Shown piece after piece: positions 42,516-51,857 of a DNA stretch of 64,000 nt (positions are counted from its first letter, which is position 1; each line of letters begins with the position of its first letter). The stretch covers positions 71,441 to 135,440 of the forward strand of contig JBBIRW010000006.1 of assembly GCA_037441565.1 (NCBI GenBank), read 5' to 3'. The notes beneath the pieces are model-generated. The model was not told the DNA's origin and searched no databases. It was given only the letters and a program-made list of their open reading frames with translations. Origin of the DNA: Deltaproteobacteria bacterium (GTDB taxonomy: Bacteria; Desulfobacterota; JBBIRW01). A program made the translations under genes and the position numbers.

Positions 42516-42980
42516 TTAGTCTTCTATAATCTGAATGGGACATGGCCTTAAATTAATGAGATCATCAACAACGGATTTGTGGATAATTCTCGAAAGTAAA
42601 GAACCCCTCTTTTTTGTGAGGATACAGAGATCAATGCTATATTTTTTTATAAATCTGATCGATTCAGAAACAAATTCTCCCTTTTCAAGATATATTTCAC
42701 AGGGTATTGAAAATCTCGTTGCCTTCTCTTTTATCTCCTGAAGCCTCCTGTATGCAGACTGTCTGTAGTCTTTCATGATAGCCTGTGTTAACTGCTCACT
42801 TGGTTTGCCACCGAGAAATCCTATGTCGGTTAATTTTTGAAGGATTGATTCCGGTATCTTGCTGTCAAGTATAAATAGAACAAAAAGTGATGCACATTCT
42901 TTCCTGGCTAAATCCATAGCGAAATCTTCTGCCTTCGGAGAATCTGATGCAGTTGAAAGAATTAGCATTATCCTTTTCAT
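42516..42980 (-). CDS. Universal stress protein
   Basis: MKRIML N-terminus, USP size, C-terminal PCPIQII. Confidence 0.7.
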   Translation of the reverse strand: MKRIMLILSTASDSPKAEDFAMDLARKECASLFVLFILDSKIPESILQKLTDIGFLGGKPSEQLTQAIMKDYRQSAYRRLQEIKEKATRFSIPCEIYLEKGEFVSESIRFIKKYSIDLCILTKKRGSLLSRIIHKSVVDDLINLRPCPIQIIED

Positions 42981-42982
42981 AT

Positions 42983-44413
42983 TTAATTAACCTGTAGACC
43001 CAGTAAAGGCCAGTAAATTTTTGCTGCGAGGTAAATTATTGCAAGTGCCATTATATTCATCAGAAAGCCCAACCTTGCCATATCGGAGATCCTTAGTAAT
43101 CCCGATGAATAAACAATTGCATTTGCTGGCGTTCCAACGGGAAGCATAAAAGCGAGCCCTGCTGAGAGCGTTATTAAAAGCGTAGCAATTCTTACATCAA
43201 AACCAAAAAAGGTGAAAAGGTTTATTCCAATGGGCAAAAGAACAGCGACAACGGATGCATTACTCATTGCTTCTGTGAGAAGCATGGAAGTAGCGATGAG
43301 AAATATTAAGATGGTATGAGGCGATGAAATCCAGTGTTTTACACTATTTTGAGTTAACCATGAAGCTGCACCGGTGGTTTCGAGTGCCTTTCCGAGACAG
43401 ATTGCTCCACCGTACATTAAAATTACACCCCAGTTGACATACTCCTCAAGATCTTTCCATCTGATCAATTTAAATATAAAAAGTGATATAGATGCGATAA
43501 ACGAAATATTTGCAAGACCAATTTCATGTCCATATGTTGACCATGCAATTACAGTCAGGAGAAGGATGAGCAAAATAAATTTTTCATCCATGCCCATCCT
43601 TCCAATCTGTTTGATTTTTTCTTCAATGACTCTCTTCATATCATTTATGCTAACACCTTCATAATTTGCGGATTTAAATATTAATACAAGAGCTATAATG
43701 CTTAAAGAAGCAACAGCTGGAAATGAGTAAGTTATCCATTCAAAAAATCCTATTTTTACTCCGCTCATCTCATAAAGTATTCCGATGGCAAGTGGTGTTC
43801 TCGCTCCCCCGAGAAATGTTGCAATGCCACCAATAATGCAACCCCATGATAAGGAGAGCATCAGATTTCTTGAATATTTTCTATTCATTAATGTTGGGTT
43901 GCAGGATTTTGCTAATTCCATTACAGTTGGAAACATGAAAGCTGCAACTGCATGCTCCGTGATAAAAAATGACATGATAGCGGAGATTATGAAAATGCTT
44001 ATAAGTAATCTTCTTGGTGATGTGGCAAATCTGTTTAGAACAAGAAGTGAAATCCTTGTGCTTATTCCTGATTTCATAACAGAAGCTCCAAGTATAAATG
44101 CGCCGAGTATAAAAAAGACTGCCTCATTGCCAAATAGCGAATACGCCTTTTTCGTATCCATTATCCCGAGGAGGGGGATAAGTGTTATAGCAAGAAGACC
44201 TGTTACTGCAGGCGGTAACAATGTAAAGACCCAGAGCGGAACGCATAATGCAAAAACGGCAAGAACCTTTTTCCCTTCAGGAGTTAAGCCGGTTGGCTGA
44301 GGAAGCTGAAGTATGTAGAGAAAAATCGCCGCTATAACTGCGAAAGCTAAATACCGTGAAAACCTGCTGAGTATAACAATAAGTATGGGCCTTTTATCAA
44401 TTACATATTCCAT
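42983..44413 (-). CDS. DASS/SLC13 anion symporter (sulfate candidate)
   Basis: Multi-TM; IGGIATFLGGART, TEAMSNAS, FMLPVGTPANA. Confidence 0.85.
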   Translation of the reverse strand: MEYVIDKRPILIVILSRFSRYLAFAVIAAIFLYILQLPQPTGLTPEGKKVLAVFALCVPLWVFTLLPPAVTGLLAITLIPLLGIMDTKKAYSLFGNEAVFFILGAFILGASVMKSGISTRISLLVLNRFATSPRRLLISIFIISAIMSFFITEHAVAAFMFPTVMELAKSCNPTLMNRKYSRNLMLSLSWGCIIGGIATFLGGARTPLAIGILYEMSGVKIGFFEWITYSFPAVASLSIIALVLIFKSANYEGVSINDMKRVIEEKIKQIGRMGMDEKFILLILLLTVIAWSTYGHEIGLANISFIASISLFIFKLIRWKDLEEYVNWGVILMYGGAICLGKALETTGAASWLTQNSVKHWISSPHTILIFLIATSMLLTEAMSNASVVAVLLPIGINLFTFFGFDVRIATLLITLSAGLAFMLPVGTPANAIVYSSGLLRISDMARLGFLMNIMALAIIYLAAKIYWPLLGLQVN

Positions 44414-44420
44414 AGTGAAA

Positions 44421-45641
44421 TTAATCCTCGGAGATTTTCTTCACCCTCAAAAATCTTCTAAGATTTGAAATACTTTTCTGGATTTTTATTCCAAAAGAGG
44501 ATTTCGAAAGATTATTTATTATATCAAAGAGGGCTGCGCTTTCTCCTGAAAAGAATCTTCCCTCTATAGGTGTTGCAATGATACTTACTTCTTTTATCCA
44601 GTTCATATTTAGTTTATTTTTCCTAACCCTTTTATAAAGATGGATGTATACCGGGATGAGATCTTCTGGCTTGATCTCCTTGAATGGAGTGATAAAACTA
44701 TCAAAATAATTAAAGATGGGAAGGATAGGTATTATACCCCTTTTTGTAAGATAGTCTATCGCCTGAATGGTTGATTCAACAGATTCGAGACCGACAAAGA
44801 TATTTGTTGAGACTGCGCCGGAAGGAAAAGCAGTTGTTGCATACTCAAGGGCTTCAAGATACCTTTCCCTTCCTATTATTGCGGATCTGAGGGGGAGCAG
44901 AAGTGAAAAAACATCGGGATCAAAGACAAACATATTATATCTTATAGAATCCACTCCAATAGCATAACTCCAATCTATCCACTCATTTATCTTTGGTGGA
45001 AATGCGTCAACAGAGATCATGAGGCCAAAATTTTTTCTTATAGATCTTATATATGGCTGAAGGATAAATATCCCCCTGTCTTCTGAATCAACATAACCCA
45101 TTGAGAGATGAACTATCTCAATCCTTTTTTCCTTAAGACAGGTTTCTATGGTTTCCATTATTTCATCAAGGGGCTTTATTGATCTCTTCAGTTCACCCTT
45201 TAGCATCATCTCCTCGCACTGAATGCATTCCATATGGTTAAAGGAAAGCTTGCATCTTCCCATGGGGAAGATTGTGAGAAGATTTCCATGGAAGGAGCAT
45301 ATTTCACCGATAAGCGTTCCCCATCGCGTTCTTTTAAAATAAAAGTCAGGGAACTGCGAGATCTGGACCGGAATCTGGATTCCATCTTTTATGAGAAAGT
45401 ATCTGTCCTCTTTTTTCTCCAGTAGATAAGGAGATGAGGATAAAAAGGTATTATAGAGCGGGGCTGCTACAGGGGTGCTGTCATTAATTATTATATCAAG
45501 GGAATTGATCAATCCATCAGCGATAGCTTCATTTCTTATTGATCCGTTTTCGATAACTGAAGGGTGAATGTGAACCCCGCTTATCAGAAGATCGAGTTTC
45601 AGATATCCTGGATTTAAACGCAGTTCCTCTAAATTTTTCAT
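44421..45641 (-). CDS. Radical SAM-like protein with non-canonical Cx8Cx2C motif
   Basis: CKLSFNHMECIQC; IFVGLES barrel segment. Confidence 0.65.
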   Translation of the reverse strand: MKNLEELRLNPGYLKLDLLISGVHIHPSVIENGSIRNEAIADGLINSLDIIINDSTPVAAPLYNTFLSSSPYLLEKKEDRYFLIKDGIQIPVQISQFPDFYFKRTRWGTLIGEICSFHGNLLTIFPMGRCKLSFNHMECIQCEEMMLKGELKRSIKPLDEIMETIETCLKEKRIEIVHLSMGYVDSEDRGIFILQPYIRSIRKNFGLMISVDAFPPKINEWIDWSYAIGVDSIRYNMFVFDPDVFSLLLPLRSAIIGRERYLEALEYATTAFPSGAVSTNIFVGLESVESTIQAIDYLTKRGIIPILPIFNYFDSFITPFKEIKPEDLIPVYIHLYKRVRKNKLNMNWIKEVSIIATPIEGRFFSGESAALFDIINNLSKSSFGIKIQKSISNLRRFLRVKKISED

Positions 45642-45655
45642 CCCTTACTCCACGA

Positions 45656-45904
45656 TTAACTGCTTGATTTTCTTATAACTATCTGCCAGTCCGTTTCGTT
45701 TATCTGGCTGACATCTAAAATTTCGTGCCCTTCCATCTCCATACTCCTTGGAACATTCTGGGTTGCAGGAATATGGTCAACTATAACCTTGAGGATTGTG
45801 CCAGGTTCCATCTCCTCAAGGGCAAGTTTTGATTTAACAAAAGTATAAGGACACACTTCACCTTTAAGATCTAATTCCCTATCCGCAACTATTTCCTTTT
45901 TCAT
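45656..45904 (-). CDS. tusA: TusA-family sulfurtransferase
   Basis: LDLKGEVCPYT. Confidence 0.88.
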   Translation of the reverse strand: MKKEIVADRELDLKGEVCPYTFVKSKLALEEMEPGTILKVIVDHIPATQNVPRSMEMEGHEILDVSQINETDWQIVIRKSSS

Positions 45905-46972
45905 AGTTTTTATCCTCCTTTAAAAGGATTTCTTCAATCCTTATTTCTTTCAATATCCTTCCGATGTCATCCTGTTGGGGCAAGAATGGATAGTTTCTGA
46001 AGGGTTTGCCAGGCCTTGTGTGGGCAAAAGGTCTGTTGCATGCAAGTTCTCCTGATAAATCAGGGCAACCTGATGTCATAAATGGTTTCCCTGTTAGAAT
46101 CAAGTCATGAATTATTTGAGGATCTATGTTTATTGAAGATATTCTTCCCTTGTTATCAAATCTGATGTCTTTCTCCGATAAAATATGATTTTTCTCTACC
46201 ATGTATCTTATAAGTTGAATCCTTCTGTATCTCTTCATTGAAGGTGTTCTTCTCTTCTCAAGCACAGTTCCCTTTTCAGGTGTGAAACTGAAGAGATGAC
46301 ACATAATTTTATTTCTTTTAAGGAAAAAGAAGATATCCACAAGTTCCTTATCCGTTTCGCCAAGGCCAACGACGATATGGCAGCTTACCTTCTCATCTCC
46401 AAAAATCTCAACACCATCAATCAGCGTTTCCACATACCTTTCCCACCGCAGTGAGGCTTTTACACCACTTCCCCTTCGTTTCTCAAAGACCCTCTTTGAT
46501 GGCGCATCAAGACCAACACCGAGGATATCGAATCCATTTTCTTTAATAGTGATCAACTTATCCTTATTGATACACATGGGGGAAATGAGCGCAGAGAGTG
46601 GAATTGATGTTATCTTTCTTAACTTTCTTCCAATCTCTAAGAGATCCTTATATGCATATGGATGGTTTATCATGGATATACAAATCCTTTTTATTTTTGA
46701 TTCATAACGAATGATTCTTCTCAATATCTCATCAAAAGGATAGAGTGGCCAGTCTACCCTGATAAAGGTTTTTTCACCAAAGTTTCCAGATCGTGAAAAG
46801 GAAAGGCCGCAATATGCACAACTTCCATAGCATCCTTCTTCATATGAGAGGAGCAGGTTAAGGCATCGTGGATATGCATCTCTAAAAAATCTGCCACCCA
46901 TCAGTTTCAGCATCATAACGCCTGCCAGCGATGTCCTTATATAAAGGGAAGAGATTTTATTTTCCATCTTCA
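45879..46972 (-). CDS. lipS2: Radical SAM lipoyl synthase, LipS2-type
   Basis: CYGSCAYC; C-terminal TSGCPD...CNRP; adjacent to the ligase; start approximate. Confidence 0.75.
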
Positions 46973-48102
46973 TTTCCCATTTCGAACTCTTCAAATACGG
47001 ATTGATCGATAAAGCATGATGAAGGATAGTAGTTGTTTAAGGATAGAAGATGATCTCCTGCCTCAATGATTATGGATGCAAGTGTTTCCGGATCAATGCC
47101 TAGTATCCATCCGTTTTTATCGTATTCCTCACTAATTGTTCTAAGTAAACCCTCTTTTGTGAATTCTTTTCCTACAATATTTTCTTCAATACCCTTTAGT
47201 GTTGATGGATTTGAAAAGAAGTCTCCATATATTTTTACCGATGTAATCAATCCATTATGGATTTTTATTGATACACGAACAAGGCCTGCATCTGTCTTCT
47301 TAATGAATTCCTTCTTTTCTGGTTCATGGTCTCCACTGAATATCCAGATGGGGTTGGCGTATTTTCTCTTCTCAAGGATTTTTACTTTTCTGATTTCTGA
47401 ATAATTAAGTGGGCGAGAGATAAACTTAATACCAAGATTTTTTTCAAAGCCTCTTTTTATGTATTCCCTTACATGTTTTGTTGATACATTGTAGCCAAGC
47501 TCTCTGCGAACCGTTGTTAATCTTTCATTGAGTGCAACAATGCTTCTTTCTGATAGCTTCTCCTTTGGAAGTTTGAGGAGTTTCAGCATAAGTGATATAT
47601 CGAAATCAACAAGCAGGCTTGCATGAAATAGCCAGGAATCCATCTCGTTTGCATATATACCAAGGCCCGCTATCTTCCTCCCATTTACAGTAAGGTCATT
47701 CTTAATCCGGAAGGCTGATCCGATACCTAAAGATTTTAATCCTTCAGATATGCATTTGCTGAAGTGAATAAAGGCTTCCCTCGGATTTTTTATATTTTTA
47801 AAATTATCGCCACGCATGACAAAGGCAATGCCCAGTTGATCTTCCCCCATTAATATTGTTCCACCACCTGTGGGTCTCCTGCTTATTTCAAAACCCATCC
47901 TTCTGCATTCCTCTATGTTTATCTCCCTGTAGACATCTTGAAACGAGCCTGCAAGAACACAGTTTGATCTGTATGTGTAAAGCCTGAGGGTTGGAGGCTC
48001 AGGATTAGATGGGCTGCTGTAATAGCCCATCAGGAATTCATCTACAGCAAGACCATATGATGCACTTACAGCATCCTCTTCTATATACCTTCCTGCTATC
48101 AA
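46957..48102 (-). CDS. Lipoate--protein ligase with C-terminal accessory domain
   Basis: LAVDE, RRPTGGGTI, NDL, RKIAG, HASLL, IYGDFF. Confidence 0.9.
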   Translation of the reverse strand: MIAGRYIEEDAVSASYGLAVDEFLMGYYSSPSNPEPPTLRLYTYRSNCVLAGSFQDVYREINIEECRRMGFEISRRPTGGGTILMGEDQLGIAFVMRGDNFKNIKNPREAFIHFSKCISEGLKSLGIGSAFRIKNDLTVNGRKIAGLGIYANEMDSWLFHASLLVDFDISLMLKLLKLPKEKLSERSIVALNERLTTVRRELGYNVSTKHVREYIKRGFEKNLGIKFISRPLNYSEIRKVKILEKRKYANPIWIFSGDHEPEKKEFIKKTDAGLVRVSIKIHNGLITSVKIYGDFFSNPSTLKGIEENIVGKEFTKEGLLRTISEEYDKNGWILGIDPETLASIIIEAGDHLLSLNNYYPSSCFIDQSVFEEFEMGNEDGK

Positions 48103-48198
48103 GGCAACAATTCTCCTCCCTATAGGTTCTGCCTTCCTTCAGTTAAACAAATACAATCTATATCAGCCCACTGACGCTTTTCTGACTTTTTAGGGGAT

Positions 48199-49104
48199 TC
48201 AAAGGCTCAATCCATTGGGGAATAACCCGCAGCAGTATTCCCTGACACTAACCTTGAACCCTTTTTCTTTTAGATAGGATCCTGTTCCCTCTGCTGGATA
48301 AGCGATACCATCAAGACCTGTATCAATTGCAGCAAGATCAATCTTCAGTTTGTCCGGTCCATAAGGTCTGGCGCATCCGAGAAATATGGGTCTCTTTGGT
48401 ATAAGACTTCGCGCTTCATAAAAAATGTTTTGGATTTCGTTGATATCAGGCGGTTTTATTCCGAACATGGGCGTTCCCTGGATAGGTGTTATAACCACAA
48501 GCACCAGTGATGAGATGGGATATCGGGAGATGATTTCAAGCGCTTTATGCTCCCCTATTATCCTTCCATAATGAAGTCCAATCACAATATGTGGTGTTAC
48601 ATTCAGCCCTTCTTCGATAAGATTTATCAACGATGATTCAAAATCCCTCACTGTCGCCCAAAGGTGATAAATCTTTCTTATAGTTTCATCAGAACCAATT
48701 ATATCTATCATAACCCCATCAACACCTATATCGGAAAGCATCCTCGCATATTCTTTCCCCACAAGACCGGTATGCAGGAGTATCTTAACATTCAGTTCAT
48801 CTTTCACCCTTTTTATCTCTTCATAGAATTCCCATATACTAACTTCCCCGCTTTCATTTGAACCTCCGGATAGAAGAAAACCCCTTGTTCCTTCAAGTGA
48901 TTTTTTTTTGCAAAAATCGAAAAGCTCATCCTTTTTTACACTTTTCATGTATGATAGTATTTTTCCTCTACAGTGATCACAGTTAAGTGCACATTTTTTT
49001 CCTGTTAGACTTATTGGAATGAATTGATCGGGATTGGAAGGTGAAAATTCCTCTGTTTCATATCTTTTTATTCCGGGAATAAAGATACTGAATTCCTTTG
49101 CCAT
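48199..49104 (-). CDS. lipS1: Radical SAM lipoyl synthase, LipS1-type
   Basis: CALNCDHC; LGCARP and YCC motifs. Confidence 0.75.
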   Translation of the reverse strand: MAKEFSIFIPGIKRYETEEFSPSNPDQFIPISLTGKKCALNCDHCRGKILSYMKSVKKDELFDFCKKKSLEGTRGFLLSGGSNESGEVSIWEFYEEIKRVKDELNVKILLHTGLVGKEYARMLSDIGVDGVMIDIIGSDETIRKIYHLWATVRDFESSLINLIEEGLNVTPHIVIGLHYGRIIGEHKALEIISRYPISSLVLVVITPIQGTPMFGIKPPDINEIQNIFYEARSLIPKRPIFLGCARPYGPDKLKIDLAAIDTGLDGIAYPAEGTGSYLKEKGFKVSVREYCCGLFPNGLSL

Positions 49105-49553
49105 TATTCTTCAGGTAGAAGTCCCTTTTCTCTGTATTCCTTTATTTCTAATTCCAGCCATGCCTTTACTTCATCTTCACCATGGACAAGATCCATAAGG
49201 TCTTCCTCAAGGTTTTCCGGTTCTATAATAACAAACCATCCCTCACCATATGGATCTGTATTGACAAGTGATGGTTGTTCAATCACCCTGTTGTTTGTTA
49301 TAAGTATTGTTCCACTAACAGGTGCTTTCAGGGGTCCAACATATTTTCCAGCTTCGAGTGATCCGAACGCCTTCCCCTTTTTCACCTTTTTCCCTGGTGG
49401 CATGAGCTTTATGTATGCAACATTTCCAGCAGCCTTCTGACCAAACATATCAAGTCCTACCCTAACATTGCCGTTTTCAATTCTTGCCCATAAGTGATCC
49501 TTCCTATCATAGTAAAGATCCCCGGGTAAAAAGAATCCCTCCACCTCTGCCAT
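49104..49553 (-). CDS. GcvH/LbpA-like lipoyl carrier protein
   Basis: HLWA, VRVG, LEAGKYVGP lipoyl-Lys, APVSG, NTDPYGEGW; no Cys. Confidence 0.88.
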   Translation of the reverse strand: MAEVEGFFLPGDLYYDRKDHLWARIENGNVRVGLDMFGQKAAGNVAYIKLMPPGKKVKKGKAFGSLEAGKYVGPLKAPVSGTILITNNRVIEQPSLVNTDPYGEGWFVIIEPENLEEDLMDLVHGEDEVKAWLELEIKEYREKGLLPEE

Positions 49554-49586
49554 TGAGCTTTACCCCTCTGATTCTGTGATGATAGA

Positions 49587-49835
49587 TTAATCGGTCTTTT
49601 TTATGTAGATCCTGAAATGGCTGCCTTCTTCTATTACCTCGTAAGGATATTTTTTCTTTTCACAGAAACCGGGGATGGTTTCCTTAGCTGCAGGAGGATG
49701 ATCGCATATCACCTCCAGCACCTCTCCCGGATGCATGGTTTTCAACTTCTCCCTTGTTTCTATAAGGGTATAGGGACATATTTTACCCCTTATGTCGATC
49801 CTCTCGGAGATATTGCTCTTATCTATCGGTTCCAT
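49587..49835 (-). CDS. tusA: TusA-family sulfurtransferase
   Basis: IDIRGKICPYT. Confidence 0.88.
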   Translation of the reverse strand: MEPIDKSNISERIDIRGKICPYTLIETREKLKTMHPGEVLEVICDHPPAAKETIPGFCEKKKYPYEVIEEGSHFRIYIKKTD

Positions 49836-49844
49836 TCTAACCCC

Positions 49845-50117
49845 TTAAGCAAAATTTATTATCTTTTCGTGTTTTAATATTATATTAACCAATTCATGAT
49901 AATCTATAATCCTTGCCCTATCTTTTATTTTTTCCTTTATTCCTCTTCTAACAACATCATGCTCAATAGCATAAACCTCTTTGAACTTTCCGTAAGCGTC
50001 TGGATCCAGATAAACTCCATCCTGTATCAGGACAATCACTGCTTCGCTGTCAAGGGATGCCATCTTGAGTGCTATTTCACCTTTCGGCTTGTCTATAAGA
50101 TAAAGTGCCATACTCAC
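49845..50117 (-). CDS. DsrH/TusB-like protein (set 2)
   Basis: LIQDGVY, DVVRRG, IIDYHELV. Confidence 0.75.
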   Translation of the reverse strand: MSMALYLIDKPKGEIALKMASLDSEAVIVLIQDGVYLDPDAYGKFKEVYAIEHDVVRRGIKEKIKDRARIIDYHELVNIILKHEKIINFA

Positions 50118-50138
50118 CTCCTCTGAAACTTCATATCC

Positions 50139-50489
50139 TTAAAAATCTATTGTGTGATTTGCATCAAGTAAGAGTCGGAGAGCCTCTTTCCTGCTTATAA
50201 CCCTCACAAAAGGGGAAAGCTCTTTGCTGTTTATCCCTCTTTCCTTCAGGGATTCCTCTTCCGCATATATACTGGAATTTATTCCTGTAAGCGTCTGGAT
50301 ATATTTTGCAGAATCCTTTCTGTCAACATTATTTAATGCATAATAAACACCATCACCTAAAAGTAGCACATCAACGGTGTGCTCATCGATACCGGATGTA
50401 ACACCAACTGCTGCCCTTAGCCCCTCGGTGTAATATATGGAACCAAAGGGTGGATGGGTTATCATGACAACAACCTTTTTTTCAGCCAT
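50139..50489 (-). CDS. DsrF/TusC-like protein (set 2)
   Basis: HPPFGS, EGLR, GDGVY, ESLKERG. Confidence 0.78.
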   Translation of the reverse strand: MAEKKVVVMITHPPFGSIYYTEGLRAAVGVTSGIDEHTVDVLLLGDGVYYALNNVDRKDSAKYIQTLTGINSSIYAEEESLKERGINSKELSPFVRVISRKEALRLLLDANHTIDF

Positions 50490-50500
50490 TTCCTACCTCC

Positions 50501-50854
50501 TTAAAGTGTAATAATCCTGTCCACTTCGCCGATTATCTCAGCGAAGTCAGGAAGCCCTCCGACCTTGACCTGGTCAATATAATCCTTTCCATTCTCAAGA
50601 CCACGGGCATTTACACATATTCCACATGCTATTATCTTACCCCCCTTCTTCAGGATATCAGCCCAGCAATCCTTGGGTAGCGTTTCCATATCAGGAAACT
50701 TCTGATACCTTATGGGATTATAAACGCCATCGAGATAGTAAAAAATAAGCACATCATGTTTCATCTCAAGTGCAGCGTTTGCTATATGATATGCCGTTTC
50801 CCAGTTTTCAAACTGATATGGCCCAAGTGTAAGTAGAATTCCGATCTTTGCCAT
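50501..50854 (-). CDS. DsrE/TusD-like protein (set 2)
   Basis: GPY, YLDGVY, ACGICVNARG, GGLPDF. Confidence 0.8.
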   Translation of the reverse strand: MAKIGILLTLGPYQFENWETAYHIANAALEMKHDVLIFYYLDGVYNPIRYQKFPDMETLPKDCWADILKKGGKIIACGICVNARGLENGKDYIDQVKVGGLPDFAEIIGEVDRIITL

Positions 50855-50932
50855 TTTTCCCTCCTTAGATAAAATTAAGAATCTAATATTAAAAATTTTA
50901 TGTCAAATATCTGACCTTTTCCTGACTTATCA

Positions 50933-51193
50933 CTACCAGCATATTACCCTGTCATGGGAAAAAATAAGGTCAACAATCTGATCATAATCCAGGGATTTGT
51001 CAATATTAAGTCCTCTTGCCTGAAGATCATCCCTGCAGAAGAAAACCCTGAGGGGGTAATTCATCTCCTTCCTCAACGAATATACCCCATCATGGATAAA
51101 AAGAAGCGAGACCTCGTGTTTCTCTGATTGTTCAAGAGCAACCTTCAGTGCGGTTTCATCATCCGGGTTTCTCAAAATATGAAGTATTTTCAT
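50933..51193 (-). CDS. DsrH/TusB-like protein (set 1)
   Basis: MKILHI, HDGVY, DDLQARG, DYDQIV, VICW. Confidence 0.75.
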   Translation of the reverse strand: MKILHILRNPDDETALKVALEQSEKHEVSLLFIHDGVYSLRKEMNYPLRVFFCRDDLQARGLNIDKSLDYDQIVDLIFSHDRVICW

Positions 51194-51196
51194 TGC

Positions 51197-51541
51197 TTAA
51201 TAGACGATCAATATATCGCTTTTTGCAATCTCCTCAATTATCTCTTTCCTTTTCTTTAGCTCTACATTGTAAGGGATATCATTTATAAGTCTCTTTTTCA
51301 CGTCCTCCTGATCGGCAATTATCATACCTTTCAGATGCGGTAGTGTTTCAAGATGCTTTGAAAGATCATTCATATTGATTATTTCTGGCTTTAATCTGGT
51401 TATGGCATATGTGCCATTTTCCAGGAAGATTACCTGAATTTTATCGTCTGATAGTGTTAAACCTACACCCATTCGCAAGGCTTCAGAAACCCTTGTTGTA
51501 TTAAGTGGAAGACTTCTTATAAGAACAGTTATTGTTCTCAT
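51197..51541 (-). CDS. DsrF-like protein (set 1)
   Basis: EALRMGVGL, FLENGTY. Confidence 0.7.
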   Translation of the reverse strand: MRTITVLIRSLPLNTTRVSEALRMGVGLTLSDDKIQVIFLENGTYAITRLKPEIINMNDLSKHLETLPHLKGMIIADQEDVKKRLINDIPYNVELKKRKEIIEEIAKSDILIVY

Positions 51542-51548
51542 CCCTCAC

Positions 51549-51857
51549 TCAATTAAAAGAAAGAAATCTGTCAGCAGTGTGTGCAATCTGCGCAAGATCC
51601 CACTGACTTCCCCAGACAACCTCATCAATTTTGTTTATACCTCTTTCAATTGCATTGTGGGCACAGACAACGATACGGACACCCTTTGATGAAAGTTTGA
51701 TGAAGTTTTCAAATTTCAGATTATATACACCATCAGCCATAAGAAATATTTCCACATGCATATTTTTTCTAAGTGCAGCTTCAGATAATTTAATAACGGT
51801 TCTCACATCCTCACTCTCAGATGATGTTGTGAGCAGTATACCAAGTTTCTTTCTCAT
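51549..51857 (-). CDS. DsrE-like protein (set 1)
   Basis: FLMADGVY, VCAHNAIERG, GSQWDL. Confidence 0.78.
   Translation of the reverse strand: MRKKLGILLTTSSESEDVRTVIKLSEAALRKNMHVEIFLMADGVYNLKFENFIKLSSKGVRIVVCAHNAIERGINKIDEVVWGSQWDLAQIAHTADRFLSFN

Noticed and set aside
49104-49553. Glycine cleavage system
   Set aside because: No P, T or L protein genes in the window; motif and context point to a sulfur-related carrier.
48190-51857. Selenocysteine in DsrE, TusA or LipS genes
   Set aside because: Catalytic positions are Cys codons; TGA stops fall at normal C-termini, and the LipS1 TGA is followed by TAA after two codons.
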